NCBI RefSeq assembly: GCF_009914755.1
Contig: NC_060929.1
Reading direction: 5' to 3' (one strand)
Length of the DNA stretch: 64,000 nt
From: the human T2T-CHM13v2.0 reference genome, Homo sapiens
Both the position numbers and the translations under genes were made by a program. This document shows, piece by piece, positions 27,994 through 41,753 of the stretch (position 1 is its first letter; every line of letters begins with the position of its first letter). Below the pieces are notes generated by a model, which saw only the letters and a list, made by a program, of their open reading frames with translations, was not told the DNA's origin and searched no databases.

Positions 27994-28774
27994 ATTATTT
28001 CTGTCTGGTATCTTTATTCACAAAGAATAAAGATCACTGCAAATAGTAGCCACGTGGGTAAATATATGCTATTTTTCTTATTGTTTAAATCTTTTAAAAG
28101 ATAATTGTGGGGTAGAATGCAGTTGGAAAGGGATTTGTTACCATGGTTTGCCAACCATTGCGGCATTCAAAACACCCTGATAAAATGGTGGGGAATCAGA
28201 AGGAGGGAGTGGACTGTGAGGGAATAGCATCCTGGGCCTAGCAGAGCTGGTGGCTGAGGTCCTATTCAGGGACCACCCACTTGCCCCCATAATAATGTGG
28301 CCTTGGTGATGCTGAGTTTGGCTCGAGGAGTAGAAAACTTGATGTTCATAAATATTCCCATAGCAGAAAGGAAGTCTTCTCGAATGGTGATGTAAGCCTG
28401 GGGCAAGAAAGGGCAGGGATGTAACAAGAATTGAGCTTTCCTGCCCCACGTGGCATCACCAGCTGTGCATCCCTATCGGAGACCCTGAGAACTAGGAGAA
28501 GCTGTTGGCAGAGCTGCTGCCTGTGCTCTCGGGCTCCTGCTTTGCATGCCCACCCAACTGACGTATCCAGAGCTAACTAAATCAGGAACCTTATCTACGG
28601 TAACTGTGTGTTTGTTATGGGCTCCTTTCTACCCTTCCACCTCCAGTCTGCAGCTCATCTGAAATGCAGCCAGCCCTTACTCAGGCTTATTATGCTAAAA
28701 TGATCAAGAGATAGTCCCTGTCTTGAAGAGATTTCAAGCATATTAGTCACTTAAAACTGTCTCTGAAAGCCATT

Positions 28775-29770
28775 TATTCATTCAGCAAATATCTATTGAG
28801 TGTCTATTTTGTGTGCTTACTGTATGGCCTAGGTCCTAGGGAATCAGCAATGAGCAAATAGTCAAAATCTCCTTCCCTCCTAGAGCTTACATTCCACTGG
28901 GGGTAGGGGTGGGAGAGTCATAATATAAACAAACAAATAAATGGATTGATTTTTTAGATAGCAATAAGTGATGTGGGGAAAAAAGATTAACAGGATAAAG
29001 GGTAGAAAAAATAATAAGAATGGGGTAGATTTTATTTCAGGGGTCAGGGAAGTGCTTTCAGATAAGATGGCATATGAACAGAGCTATGAAGTGGTGAGAG
29101 GCCTAGCAGGAAAGTTGACCAGGGGAAGAGCACTGCAGGCAGAGGAAACAGCAAATGCAAAGGCCCTGAGACCACTGTGCCTGGCTTGTGGAGGCCAGTG
29201 TGGCTGGAGCCTGATGATGTGAATGATGAGAAGTTAGGCTGGAGAGGTGTCTGGGTGGTGGTCGGGTTGTAGTGGGGCTGGAGCTTTTCCCAAAATGACT
29301 AAGACGGGATGCCACTGGAAGGTTTTGAACAGAGAGTGACATGATCTGATTTTCATGTTAAAAGGATCACTTTGGTTGCTATTTTAAGAATAGACTGTAG
29401 GCAGCCAAGGGTGGAAGCAGGGAGACTAGTTAGGAGTATGTTAACAGCAAGGCAGGGGAGCGTGAGAGTGAGTCAGTCCACAGTAGGAGTAGTGGAGTAG
29501 CCATGGCTGAATTCTGGACATACTTGGAAGGTGGAGATGGAGGTGCCAGGATTTACTTACAAGAATGTGGATATGAGAATAAGAGAGAAGCCAAGGATAA
29601 TGCCAAGGTTTTTGGCCAGAGCAGCTGGGGAGATGGAGTTGCCATCTGCAGGAATGGAGATGACTTTGGGAAGAGCAATTTTGGGGAAAATCACGATTTT
29701 GATTGCAGACAAGTTTGCGACACTGTTTCACATCCAAATGTCAATGTCAAGTAGGCAGTTGAATAAATGA
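28775..29770 (-). mobile_element. L2 LINE fragment
   Basis: Starts with the reverse-complemented L2 terminus ATTCATTCAGCAAATATCTATTGAG; internal GGAAACAGCAAATGCAAAGGCCCTGAG and GCCACTGGAAGGTTTTGAACAGAG motifs. Confidence 0.8.
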
Positions 29771-30367
29771 TCTCATTTGTGTTGTGAAAAATGGAAATAG
29801 TGACAAGATTTTTTTCTGAGTTGCTGTGTTTTTATTGTGGTTTTAATTAACTCACCTTCCTAGAATATCAGGAAATGCCTGAGGCATAACAGATAGTAAG
29901 CCTAAAAATGACCCAAGACCGGACGTAGTCTGTGGCGTGCAGTGTAATGGAGTTTGTGGTCAGCGTTCAGGTTATGGCGAGAGCGGTACCCATAACCTTC
30001 CACCCTTTTTGTTGGGAATGAATGACGGGAGTCTGCACCCGCCCCCACCCCATGGTGCAGAGTGGCTTGTCAGACCCTCCATAGAATAGAGACAGGCTTC
30101 AAAGACTATTTAGTACTTATTAGCAGTTTTTACCCTTTTTATCATGATTCATGTGGTAGAGCAAGCTCGCCTGACACCTTTATAATGGAGTACTTCAGTA
30201 TAAGATTAGTGCCCCAGAGATACTCAGAGTTCAAGAGCAATGCAGCCTCCCTGTTTTGGTAGGTTGTTAGCGAGGCTGTTGTGGGAGGGGAGGGCCTGTA
30301 GATGGAATGATTTGTAAGCTGGGAAAGGAAAAAATCTAGGTTTTTCTTTTTTTGGACCATCACTGGG

Positions 30368-30746
<379 letters not shown>

Positions 30747-31546
30747 TGAAATTAAATGACTCCCTTCTGAACAGTGGTGTTTCTTCCACGATAACAGTTA
30801 TTGATCCATTGGACCTAATATTGAGATTTAAAGGTGCTCATATACCTTAAAATAAAATGCAGCCAATAACATTTCTTACATTGACTTCTTTTCTCTAATT
30901 TTTAAAAGAGTTCAGTGAATTCAGCCCTGAAGTTGAAATTGTGAAGATAAATAATCTACAGCAAAATGGCTGCCTATCAACTAAAAATTATATGGGCATC
31001 TACTCCCTACAATTTATGCTAGATAAAAGCCACTTACATCTATGTGACTGGATGTGTGGCTTGTTTTCTTTTTATTATTTCTGCAAACAGATGCATTTTC
31101 TGAGTCTTCTAGAAATGGATGCTGTGTTCTCCATTAATAACAACATGTACCATTTGTCGAGTGCTCCTATTTATTTATCGATGTACCGGGCATTGTGCTG
31201 AACACATTGCCAGTTGTATCTTACTTGTTCCTATTCAGAATTGTTGTGTGATGATGATTTATTTCTTTTATACTCAACATTGTCTTCTGGTTTACAAACT
31301 GTTACAACTATTTTGTGGTTTAGCCTCTCTGCAATTGTGTCAAATGGGGAACATCACTAGCTCCATTTTACAGATGCACAAACTAAACCTCAGAGAACCT
31401 CAGCCCTTTGTTCCAGTTCACACTGCTAGTAGAAGGCAAAGAAGGCTCGACCTAGATCCAAGCCTGTGTTTTTTCTATTGCATCATACACAGACTGAGAC
31501 CTGAGACCTGAGACCTGAAACCCGTGTCTCACAGAGAATGGAGACT

Positions 31547-31840
31547 TTTTTTTTTTTTTTAAGACAGATTCTCACTCTCTTGCCCAGGCTGGAGTGCAGT
31601 GATGCAATCTCAGCTCACCGCAAATTCTGCCATTCAGGGTGAAGCAATTCTCATGCTCAGCCTCTCGAGTAGCTGGGACTATGGGCACACGCCACCACAC
31701 CAGGCTAATTTTTGTATTTTTAGTAGAGATGGAGTTTCACCATGTTGGCCAGGCTGGTCTCAAACTCCTGGCCTTGAGTTGATCTGCCCACCTTAGCCTC
31801 CCAAAGTGCTGAAATTACAGGCATGAGCCACCGTACCCGG
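31547..31840 (-). mobile_element. Alu (AluS-like), antisense
   Basis: Poly-T followed by a standard two-arm Alu body. Confidence 0.93.
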
Positions 31841-32957
31841 TGGAGGGAAACGTTTTTAAATCTGAATCCTCTGTCCATGAAGGTACTTGGACCAGGCCTA
31901 GTGAGTGGTATTTGCTACATAAATCCAGCAAACACAACCAGCCGACTCCTCTGCATGCATCGCATTCACCATGCAGAAGGTAATATGTTCTTGTCCAGGA
32001 GCAGATAAATAGCATTCAGCAAAATTGGTTACAGAGATGAGTTTGATTTCTAAGTGGTGTTGGCCTTGAAAGGGTTTAAGCAAAAAGAAAATAATGACTG
32101 GAAGATAAGAGTGATTATCAGTTCTCTCCCTTCATTAAGATGGTATCAAGGGCAGTGTGATGATAAGACAAGCAGAACAGCTTAGCTTAGGAGCACTGTT
32201 ACATAGAAGAGAACATAGTTCTTTCTTGATTGGAAGCCTCCTTCTCCACACCTTTCAGGGGAAGAAATCAATAGTCCCTCTCCCCTCTCTATCCCCCCAC
32301 TTTACGCTCCAATCCTAAGTCTGCCTGGGTAATGAATTGTAACAGTTTAGTAGCTTTCTATAGTTTTTTCTTTGCTTATACAGTATATAGAGACATATGA
32401 ATGGGGCTTAGGGTTTTGTTTTGTTTTATAAAAATGTGGTTGTACTATTGTGTTTTATTCTACAAGTACTTTTTTCACTTAATATATTGTGGTCACATTT
32501 TAAGATATTTCTAATAGCTGTGTAATATTCCATAGGAATATAATTTAGTCAACAGTTCCTCTGTAGACAGACATACAGGTCATTTCCAGGTCCTTGCTTC
32601 TGGAAAAAGTGTGGCAAAAAACATCCTGGAACACATATCTTTACATTTTTATTTCTTCTTTTCTCCTCTTTTATGAATCATCAAGAAACTTGATATTAAA
32701 GTCCATTTCCTTCTAAGGAATGTTTGCCTGGCAGCTGGCAGCTCACTGGGATGTGAGGTGTGGTCCTTAGGGTTATTTTGTGCCTTGCACACCATATTCA
32801 TCCATTAGAGTTCCTCTTTCCTGCTGTCATCCTTGGTTTAAAGCTTGAGTATGTGGAATATATTGCATGTTACATCTGTAGGAGGGCCAAAAATTTTATC
32901 ATGTGGGACAGCAGTGTGAAGAAACTGTCACTAGATTTTTTTAAAATGTTATTGTTA

Positions 32958-33249
32958 GGCTGGGTGCGGTGGCTCATGCCTTTAATCCCAACACTTTGGG
33001 AGGCCGAGGCAGGTGGATCACTTGAGGTCAGGAGCTCGAGACCAGCCTGGCCAACATGGTGAAACCACATCTCTACGAAAAATACAAAAATTAGCCGGGC
33101 GTGATGGTGAGTGCCTCATAGTCCCAGCTACTTAGGAAGCTGAGGCAGGAGAATTGCTTCAACCTGGGAGGCAGAGGTTGCAGTGAGTTGAAATCACATC
33201 ACTGCACTCCAGCCTGGGTGACAGAGCGAGACTCTTGAAAAAAAAAAAA
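32958..33249 (+). mobile_element. Alu (AluS-like)
   Basis: GGCTGGGTGCGGTGGCTCATGCC...A-tail. Confidence 0.95.
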
Positions 33250-36200
33250 GGTACTGTTTTTATAACCATCTTAAAACTAGATATGACCTAAATAAAACAG
33301 TTCCCAAAATGTAAGTTCAAAAGGAAGGAAAAGAAAGCACAAACCAAGATCCTTTAAACACTCCTTGTACCTGAAATCTCTGGTCCTAGTCAGGGGGTGC
33401 ACAACTAGTGGCAAACTGATACTGCTGAGGTTTATAATTAACAATATGAATAATAAGAATAAACCTCTGTGTGTTTCTTAGCTGTCTGTTGAACAGGGAC
33501 TAGCAGGTGGGTTTGGCTGGCTCTCAGCAAAGCATCCCCTGAATGGCAAAGGGCTTTCATAAAGATGTCAGCCTTGGCACACGTTGTCAAGTAATCTTTT
33601 GGGTCCTTTTATTCCAGTCAGACTGTGTTAAAGAGAAAGCTCATGTCTGTCTCATCCCCGAGAGGAGGGTAGAGAAGGGCTGGAGAGCTGAGCCTGAGCC
33701 TTGGGCTGAGGAAAGAGGCTTACAATCAGTATGTGTCAGGAGAAGGCCTAAGTCTGCAGCTCGAGGGAGGATGGGGGAAAGGGAACAGGGACTTTTCACA
33801 CTCTACCCACTAAGACTCAGTTTCTGCCTCTTATTCTGGTGGAGCTGTCTCTGACTTCCACTTAGTCAGTTTCTTGATGGCTCCAAGACGACTGGACATA
33901 GTCTTTCTGAGAATGTTATATTTTAAGGGACTGTCCTTTTTGCAGAATAGAGAGGAGAAAATCCTAGAATTTTGAACTTACACCATTTGCTGGAAAATGA
34001 CCTATACCGTGGCCTCTGTAAAGTGGAAACTAAATTTACATTCCAGATGCTGTACCAGGTGCATTCACATATGGCACCTCTTTTATTCCTTGTGACAGCC
34101 TTAACAGGAAGGATGTATTTTACCCAAGAGGAAACTAAGTCTCAGGGAGGTTATGACTTTCCCAAGGTGACCCAGCTACTAAGTGACAGACATGGATTTT
34201 GAACCCAGATCTGAGTGTCTCTTCAGCCTATCCATTTCCCTCACCACACCTGTAGTTGCATCCCAAGGAAGTGCCCTTCCTAGAATTCTTACCCTTGGAC
34301 CAAGGGCCACTGTTTGAGATGTGGATATGCTGTCTCCCTCTGTGACCCTGGGAAGGTCCCTCCTCATTCTAGACCTCAGTTTCCTCATCTTTAAACCAAG
34401 GAGCACAAATGATATGAGAGTCAGGCTTTCCAGACTTAATATTCATTGCTTCTGATTGGCCTTTCAGGTTAAAGCTCCGTATGTGGCCTGGGAATGGTAG
34501 TTGGCTTTCTGCCTTGGTCCTCAACCCAAAGAGATGCTGGCGTCTGCCTACCTGCCTCCCCGCCTCCCACAACATACAAACCAGCTCCCAACCAGCTCCA
34601 TCTCGTTAAGGGAAAATCCAAAATTGTCATCTGCTTGGCAAAGGGGGGTATGTTGGATTTGGTTACCATGTGAAAGTGCTAAAGTGGTACCCCTTTCCAG
34701 AAGATGATTGTTTATCTAGGAGTCCAAGCACTAAAAGCTTTCAAACAAGAGTCACTTGACAATTTTTAAAATGATAATTTCCTTAAAAAAAAAAGACTGA
34801 AATTGCTGAAGAGTAATTTGCCACAATGTGCAGAGCATAGAGATGGTGAAGTGCTGTGAACTACAAGTAATTGCTCTTAATGTCATGATGGCCCAGTTGG
34901 TTCAGTGTTGATAGGGCCTTGCAAATCGTGTAGAACAACAACAGTGTGTCCTAGCAGTCTCAGTGTCTATGACCTGGAAGTCCAGGTGTCCATATTAGTG
35001 GTACTTCTGAAGTTTAGAAATCTTAACTAAAAGAATCCAATTATTTTCACAATCAAAAAAAAAATAAAAATAATTGATTCAGCTGTAGTACAACTTTTGG
35101 ATGCTTACTCTTGGTTTTTTAATCCAGGGAACAGATTTAGAGATAGGACAGAATTCCTTGGCTTCATGGTTACCTCAGCTAATGGAGTATCCCATGCAAG
35201 GAATCACGGGCAATAGAGGGAAATGGGAATGTTTTCTAGGTGGAATGTGAGAAAGGCCACACAGCCAAGCCCCCCAGGGGAAGGAGGTGGAGCCACGGCA
35301 CAGACAGGCCTCTTAGTGCCTGAAAGGGGAAATTTTTCCAAGGCTGGCCTCCAGGTTCTCTTATGATCTCCTCAGCACCAGGAATTTCTGGATTCCACCA
35401 TTAAGAGGCCTTAGCTCTCCTCTGTGTAGCTCTGTCTGCTCCCCTCATTAGCTCTGTGACATTCTTTCCATACATCAAGGTTGTGTCCTCAAGAAAGAGA
35501 ATTTGATTGGTCTGGTGAGCCTCATTTGGGCACAGATTTCTTGCAAGGCCATTGACCCCTGGCAAGTCAATGGATTGGCGGCCCTGAGTCAGAGTTCTGC
35601 TTCTGCCCTAAACAACTGTGGCCAGGTAAGGGGCAATCATAGAGCCCACCCAGGACTCCTTCTTCAGCCAGGGCTGTGGGCTTGGTCATTTCTGTCAGAA
35701 GGGAAGGCATGGGCAAGGTAGGCCCCATGACTGACCTGATCAGCATATAAGTTCCTTGTTGGACCAAGATGGTACCTGATGACCCTCCTGTTTACAGAGC
35801 ACCAACATGTTCCTTTCTTATTCACTTCTCAGCTCAAACCTACAAGTCCATTTTATAAAGGAAGAAACTAAGCAGGTGTTTGATAACTTGCCCAAGGCTA
35901 TATAGCTAATAACCTTTGGTCTTTTTGGCTCCAAGTCCATACCAAACTACTTCTGAGAAAAGAGAATGAACATTGAATGGACATCATCAAGCATATTTAG
36001 GGCATCCACATTTTTATTAGTGGGAGTTTTTAGTTGCTGAAGTTCATTGAATCTTCTTGAAGATCCCACTTCTCTAGGCTGTGTGGTCAGCCCCCCATGG
36101 ACTTGCCAAGCCAACAGGCACCACTTGGAACATAACAGCAGACACTGGCTCCTTTAAACTGTGTCTGATTTAGATTTGTTATTTACATCCAGGGTCTCCA

Positions 36201-37639
36201 AAAGATTTTCTCTTTGTGTGGGGACTAAACTGAGGAGCCAGGTCCACCTCCCAGCTGGCCACGTTGTCTGGGATCACCAAGCAGCTCCTCTAAGCCTCAC
36301 TACCTTACTTGGAAAACAGAAGGGTTGGACGAGGCACCTTCCAACTCCAGTTCAACTCAGCAACTATTCATGGCCTGCTTGTTGATGGCAAGGCACAGGC
36401 CTGGGCATGAGGCTGTGCCACTAATAACACTTCAGTCTGTGCCTTTCTAGGCTGTTTTCATTTTGCTGTCACTTCACAGCCATACACAGGAAGGCAGAAA
36501 GAAATTATCATAATTTATTACTGTTTATTTTATTTGCTTGTCCCCCACAACCCTGATTAGACTGTGTATCCCACGGGACAGGAACGACAGCTTGTTTCCT
36601 GCCATTTTAATTCCAGGTCTTAGCATAGTGTCTGTCACATTGTAAGTGCTCAGTATTACGTTTCTTGAATACATGAATGATGCAAGGCAGTGAGCAAATG
36701 AGAATGTTTTGAGTCATGAGCTGGCCAAAGCCTGAGGTACCAAAAGTGGGATTCTTGTCTACTAGAGCAGAACTCTTCAGTGAAGCCTTACTGAAGCCCC
36801 ATGCCCTTCCTGGGATGGCCAGCCCTGATTCTGAGAGAACTGAAATCAGGAGCTGTGAAATCTTTGCTGTGAGTTGTCCTCCACATTTACCCATCTCCAA
36901 GAACAGCCAGCTACTTATCCCTCCCCATGGCTGTTTTAAATGTACTGTCTCACTTGGTTCTCATGACATTCTCATGGTGTTACCATCCCTATTCCATAGA
37001 TAAGGAAACTGAGGCTCATCATGGGATAGGAACTTGCCGGGGTCTCACAGTTGCAAAGGAGCAGAGTCAGGATTTGAACCCAGGTCCAGAGCATTCTTGC
37101 TCCCTTAGGCACATACAATATTGGGTTTGTTCAATTGACTTACATTTCAGTTTGATCTGTTGATGGTGTCCCATGCCAGGGAATTGAATGTATGTTATAG
37201 TTCCCTTTTAAATGATTGGATTGTTCTATTTCAAAGTTTACTCAGAGAGAAGATTTTTGAAATACTTCTCTTGTATTTTGACTTTTGTTTTCTAGTGCTC
37301 CAGCATCAAGCCCTGATGGTACATCTTAGTATATTATATATGTCTCTGTGTCCCAAGAGCTCAGAAACCTTTAGGGAATGTTAAATTAGGAGCTGTTTGG
37401 TCACAAGCAAGCTGAGTTATCTCCCTTTCCTCCCAATCCCATCATGGCCCTCTGCCCAGGTCACTTTCTCCTGGTCGGTGAACAAGCAAAGGTCTCCTAT
37501 AGCAGACAGAACCTGCCCACTTCAGATCAGAGGTAAAGTCTGGGCAACAGTTGTGCCTCTTTGTCCTTCAGAAGCCATCGCTGGGTCCAAAACAGATTCA
37601 TTTGACGGAATATACCTGGGGATTATCAAGTTAAATCAG

Positions 37640-38160
37640 CAAAGATTATTCTAGTTGTAAATGACAAAAAACCTAACTCAAACTGACTTAAGTAAAGAAA
37701 ATGTATTGGTTTATATAACTGAAAAGGCCAGGAATAGACCTTGGCTTCAGTCATAGCTCGATCCGGGTCCCCGACTGATGCCAGTAGGAATCTCTCTCTC
37801 CAACTCTTGGCTCTGTTTTCCACTCTGTTAACTTCATTCTGAGGCAAGGAACAGTCCACATGGTTGCCCCAGGCAGACCAGATATATATCCTCCCATGTT
37901 CAATCTCAACAGAAAAGAACTTGCGTCTTTCCCAGTTGTCTCAGCAAAGACTTTCTCTGATTTGCAGGTGCCTGTCCTAGAACTACTTATAACGGGGCTG
38001 GAGAGGTGACATGCTATGACTGGCTAAGCCAGGCTCCTTTGGCCACCCTCAAGGCAAGGAAGGAGTCAGCTCCACCCCAGCCCTATACAGGTGAGGTGTA
38101 GGAGATTCCCCAAGGAAAATCGGGTTGCTGCTACCAAGAGAAAGAGAAGAAATGCAGACT
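37640..38160. mobile_element. Old MaLR LTR (MLT1J/K-like)
   Basis: GTTGTAAATGACAAAAAACCTAACTCAAACTGACTTAAG...TTATATAACTGAAAAG...GGCTTCAG motifs. Boundaries approximate. Confidence 0.5.
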
Positions 38161-41100
38161 TGCCCATTCCCTCATTGACATAAAAGGAAACTGAGGTCCA
38201 GCTGGGACCTCAGTTGCATGGATTGTTGACTTGGATTGTTGCATGGCAGAGCAAAGGCTAGAAGCCACGATTTCAAACACCTACTTAGTTTCCTCAATAT
38301 TTGCTTTTTAGCTAGTCATTCTTTTTTGCTGATACAATTAATAGGATTGATAAATTATCCCTATAAAATACTAATATATATATATATAAAAGACAGATGG
38401 GTTTAAATCTGGACTTCATTCCTTGCCAGCTATTTGACCATAGGCAAGTTTCTTCTCTCTATCTTGTTTCTTCCTCTTTGTAATGAGAATTATATTCCCT
38501 ACATTGTAAGATTATTTTGACAATTAAATGACTTAATGCATATTAAGTGACTACAGCACTGTCTGGCATATTGGAAATCCTCAACAGATGTTTTCTATTA
38601 TTGTCATTGTCACTTTCTGCCTTATTTTTTAACTGCTTATCAGCATTCCATAGTTTGAATTTTTCATCTTTTATTTAATCTTCCCCTATTGGTGGACATT
38701 CACTGTTTCTGCTCTTTTCACTATTTCAATGTGTGTCAATCAACATCCCCAATTGTGTGTCTTTGTCCCTGTGCTGTACACCTCTCACTAAGCTTTGCGC
38801 ATTCAGGGTTGAAACCTAATCAGACCGTAAACCAAAGGATAGTGAAAGTGCTTTTGCAACAGAGAAAATGTTTCCACCAACTCTCAGTTGCAAAATTCTA
38901 AACTCCACAGAAGTCTCTTCTTTCACAGTACCTTTGGGGGTCAGAAGTATTGATTCAAGAGGGCCTCAACATTGAGGTTGTGTGCTGGAAGTTTCAGACT
39001 ACCATTGCTTTGACCCTCAGCTGGACCATCACTCTGCCTGGTCCTGACCCCAGAGAGACTCTTCCAAGCACCTCAGGAGGCCACGCTGCATGTGGAAGCC
39101 CACAAAGACCTGGATGCCATCTAGGGTGAGGGAAACAGAGGGAGGACACAGAAGAGTCTGTGTGCTTTATGCCATGTTGTAAAAACAAATGCACATGTGC
39201 AGAGGAGAACACAGAGAGGACACATCCCAAATGTTTAGCAGAGATCAGCCCCACATGTTAGCGGCAGGACAGTATGTTTGCTATTGCCAGTTTTCCTTTG
39301 AGCCCCTCTGTCTTCCAGACTTTTGTGCTTAGCAATGATCACTTTTGAAATTTTTAAAAAATATTATTTTAAATAAATACTACCTGGATTTGAGGCCTGA
39401 ATCCAACTCATTTACCCCTCTGAGCTCCATTTTCCTCATCTGGAAAATGGGGTTAACACTCTCTGCTTCATCTCCCTCATTTGAATATGGTACAGATTAG
39501 AGGAGAGAGAGGGAAAAGTGCTCTCTAAACTGTCAGGCGTAAGCCATGAGGCAGCAGAGGTTATATTGCCTGGCCCACAGTGGTAGCCATGCCCAGCCTC
39601 TTTGCAATGGGAGCAGTGCCCTAGGCCCCTTTCCCTGTGGCTCCTTTCTGAGGACATGTGGACAAAAGGATGCTTCTTGTTTATCATACACAAAAGAACA
39701 GGGCACACTCCACCATCCAGTGTTGAGATCCTAAAACACAACATGTAGACAAGTCTTAAGTGGGGCTGCTAAGATGGGAGTGTCACTGGTGTGAGTGGCG
39801 GCTTTCTATTTTCTTCTGTGTCGTCCCCAGGTCCCCTTTGTCTGCTGTGATCTGCAGCCTAATAAGAGGCGGAGAAAAGGGTCTTTGCTTGGGCTCTCAA
39901 CTGGAAGGTGGCTTGTGGGCAGGTCTATAGAGCCAGGTACCCTGCTGGATACTGGAGAGATTAATTTGAGCAGGTCACACAATTTTTTATTTAAACAAAG
40001 AACCTCTACTAAGCTGGGACCAAACTAATGACTAGTGCTCATGGCAAAAGTCGAATTTAAGTTTTGTGTTTATTTAGGAAATGAATGGATGGATAGAGGA
40101 GGGAGAGAAAGAGAGATCAAAAAAAATTTAAAAGACAGGCACACGTTCAGGGCTGTGATCCAAGCTGAGCCTTTTATTTGAGTTCTGAATAATCTTTAAT
40201 TCCATGATTGAATTAAATTAGAAGTGAATTTAGTCTATTGTGGCTTTGTCTACTTCCCTTAATGCATGATGGTGTTTGTGTGTCTAACTGCAGGCTGTGG
40301 GGCCCGGCTCTGGGCCTGGAGTGAGTGAGGGCTTTCTGCTGTGTAATAGCTATATTGTATTTCACCCGTGGACCCCAGGCAATTTATTATAGCTAACACC
40401 CCACCCCGCCCCCAACCCTGCTTCAATCAAGCAAGCCTCCTGTGAAATTAGATGTTAAGGCAGGAACTTTTGTAGAAAACCAGATATCACCAGTCTTTCT
40501 TGGCCGCAAAGGATTCAGCTGAGTTAAGGAAAGGGGATTTTTAAGAAGGGGTGCTTTCATTTATTTGTGAAGGCCAACATAATGAAGTTGGAGCAGATTC
40601 CCAGAGAATGCTGGATGAAATGATCAAAAGGATTAGAGAGAAGGGGAAAGGGCAGAGGAAGGCTGTGTGGGGACTGGATAAAAAGAGGCCAGCAAGATGG
40701 TAAAGCAAGAGAGGATGTGAAGGAAGTCTGGAAGGTCCCAAAGGGAGAGAGGCTGACTTTTCCATCAGAACTGGACTACTGGAATCAGGGGAGTCCTGTT
40801 CACACAGCTGGAATGAGCTGTCTGCCAGATGCAACGGTTAAGTCAGGGCAAGGACATATCTTCCCTCCCACAGTTTCCCTTGGTGCCTCTAGCAGAGGTA
40901 CAATTTGAAACTAAGAAGTCTCTGGACTCTGACCTGTTTTTTCCCTCAGCATTTCTTTCTAAAAATTATCAGACATACAGAAAAATTGAAAGAATTATAC
41001 AGCGAACACCCATGTTCCCATCATGTCCATAATTAGCATTGGTTTACTTACTTGATCACATCTCTATCTAACCCTCTCTCCACCCCTCAATCCACTATAC

Positions 41101-41237
41101 GTTTTGATGCATTTCAAAGTAAGTTGCAAAGTGACTCCTGCCCATTTTGACAGTTGAACAGTAGATTGCAATGGCATACAAAGAGACTTTGTTGTTACAT
41201 GCATTGCCCTGAGATGTCACAAGTTTCTCCTCAAAAC

Positions 41238-41552
41238 TTTTTTTTTTTTTCTCCTTGAGACACGGTCTCGCTCTGTCACCCAGAGTGCAGTGACACAATC
41301 TTGGCTCGCTGCAACCTCGTCTGCCTCCCAGGCTCAAATGATCCTCCCACCTCAGCCTCCCAAGTAGCTACAACTACAGGTGCCCACCACTACACCCGGC
41401 TAATTGTTTTTTTGTTAGTTTGTTTTTTTTATTTTTGTAGATGAGGTCTCACTATATTGCTTAGGCTGTCTTGAACTCATGAGCTCAAGTGATCCTCCTG
41501 CTTCAGCCTCCCAAAGTGTTGCGATTACAGGTGTGAGCCACTGCACCTGGCC
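41238..41552 (-). mobile_element. Alu (AluJ-like), antisense
   Basis: Standard Alu body; TSD CAAAACTT on both sides. Confidence 0.93.
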
Positions 41553-41717
41553 ACCCCCAAAACTTGTTACCAGTCTCTGGAGCCCCTTCCCTTGATGCTT
41601 TTTACTTCCAGGCTCTCAGATTCCAGCATCGCCAGGGATCTGGGAGCTAACATGAGGGAATGAAACAGCTGAAGCTGCCCTGGTGTGAGGCTGTGGTGAG
41701 AGCTGAAGTGTCTGGAG

Positions 41718-41753
41718 AGCACCTGCCCCCTAGACAGCACCTGCCCCCTAGAG
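41718..41753. repeat. 18-bp tandem duplication AGCACCTGCCCCCTAGA(C/G) x2
   Basis: Directly visible. Confidence 0.95.

Noticed and set aside
29925-30010. A tRNA gene
   Set aside because: Only loose 5' similarity; no T-arm GTTCRA in position, no acceptor stem and no cloverleaf. Kept only as a regulatory candidate.
31493-31522. (CTGAGAC)x4, and likewise the GGATATCCA-type repeat at about 22558-22587 and (CCAG)n at about 21845
   Set aside because: Ordinary short slippage repeats without spacers; not CRISPR-like or otherwise structured.
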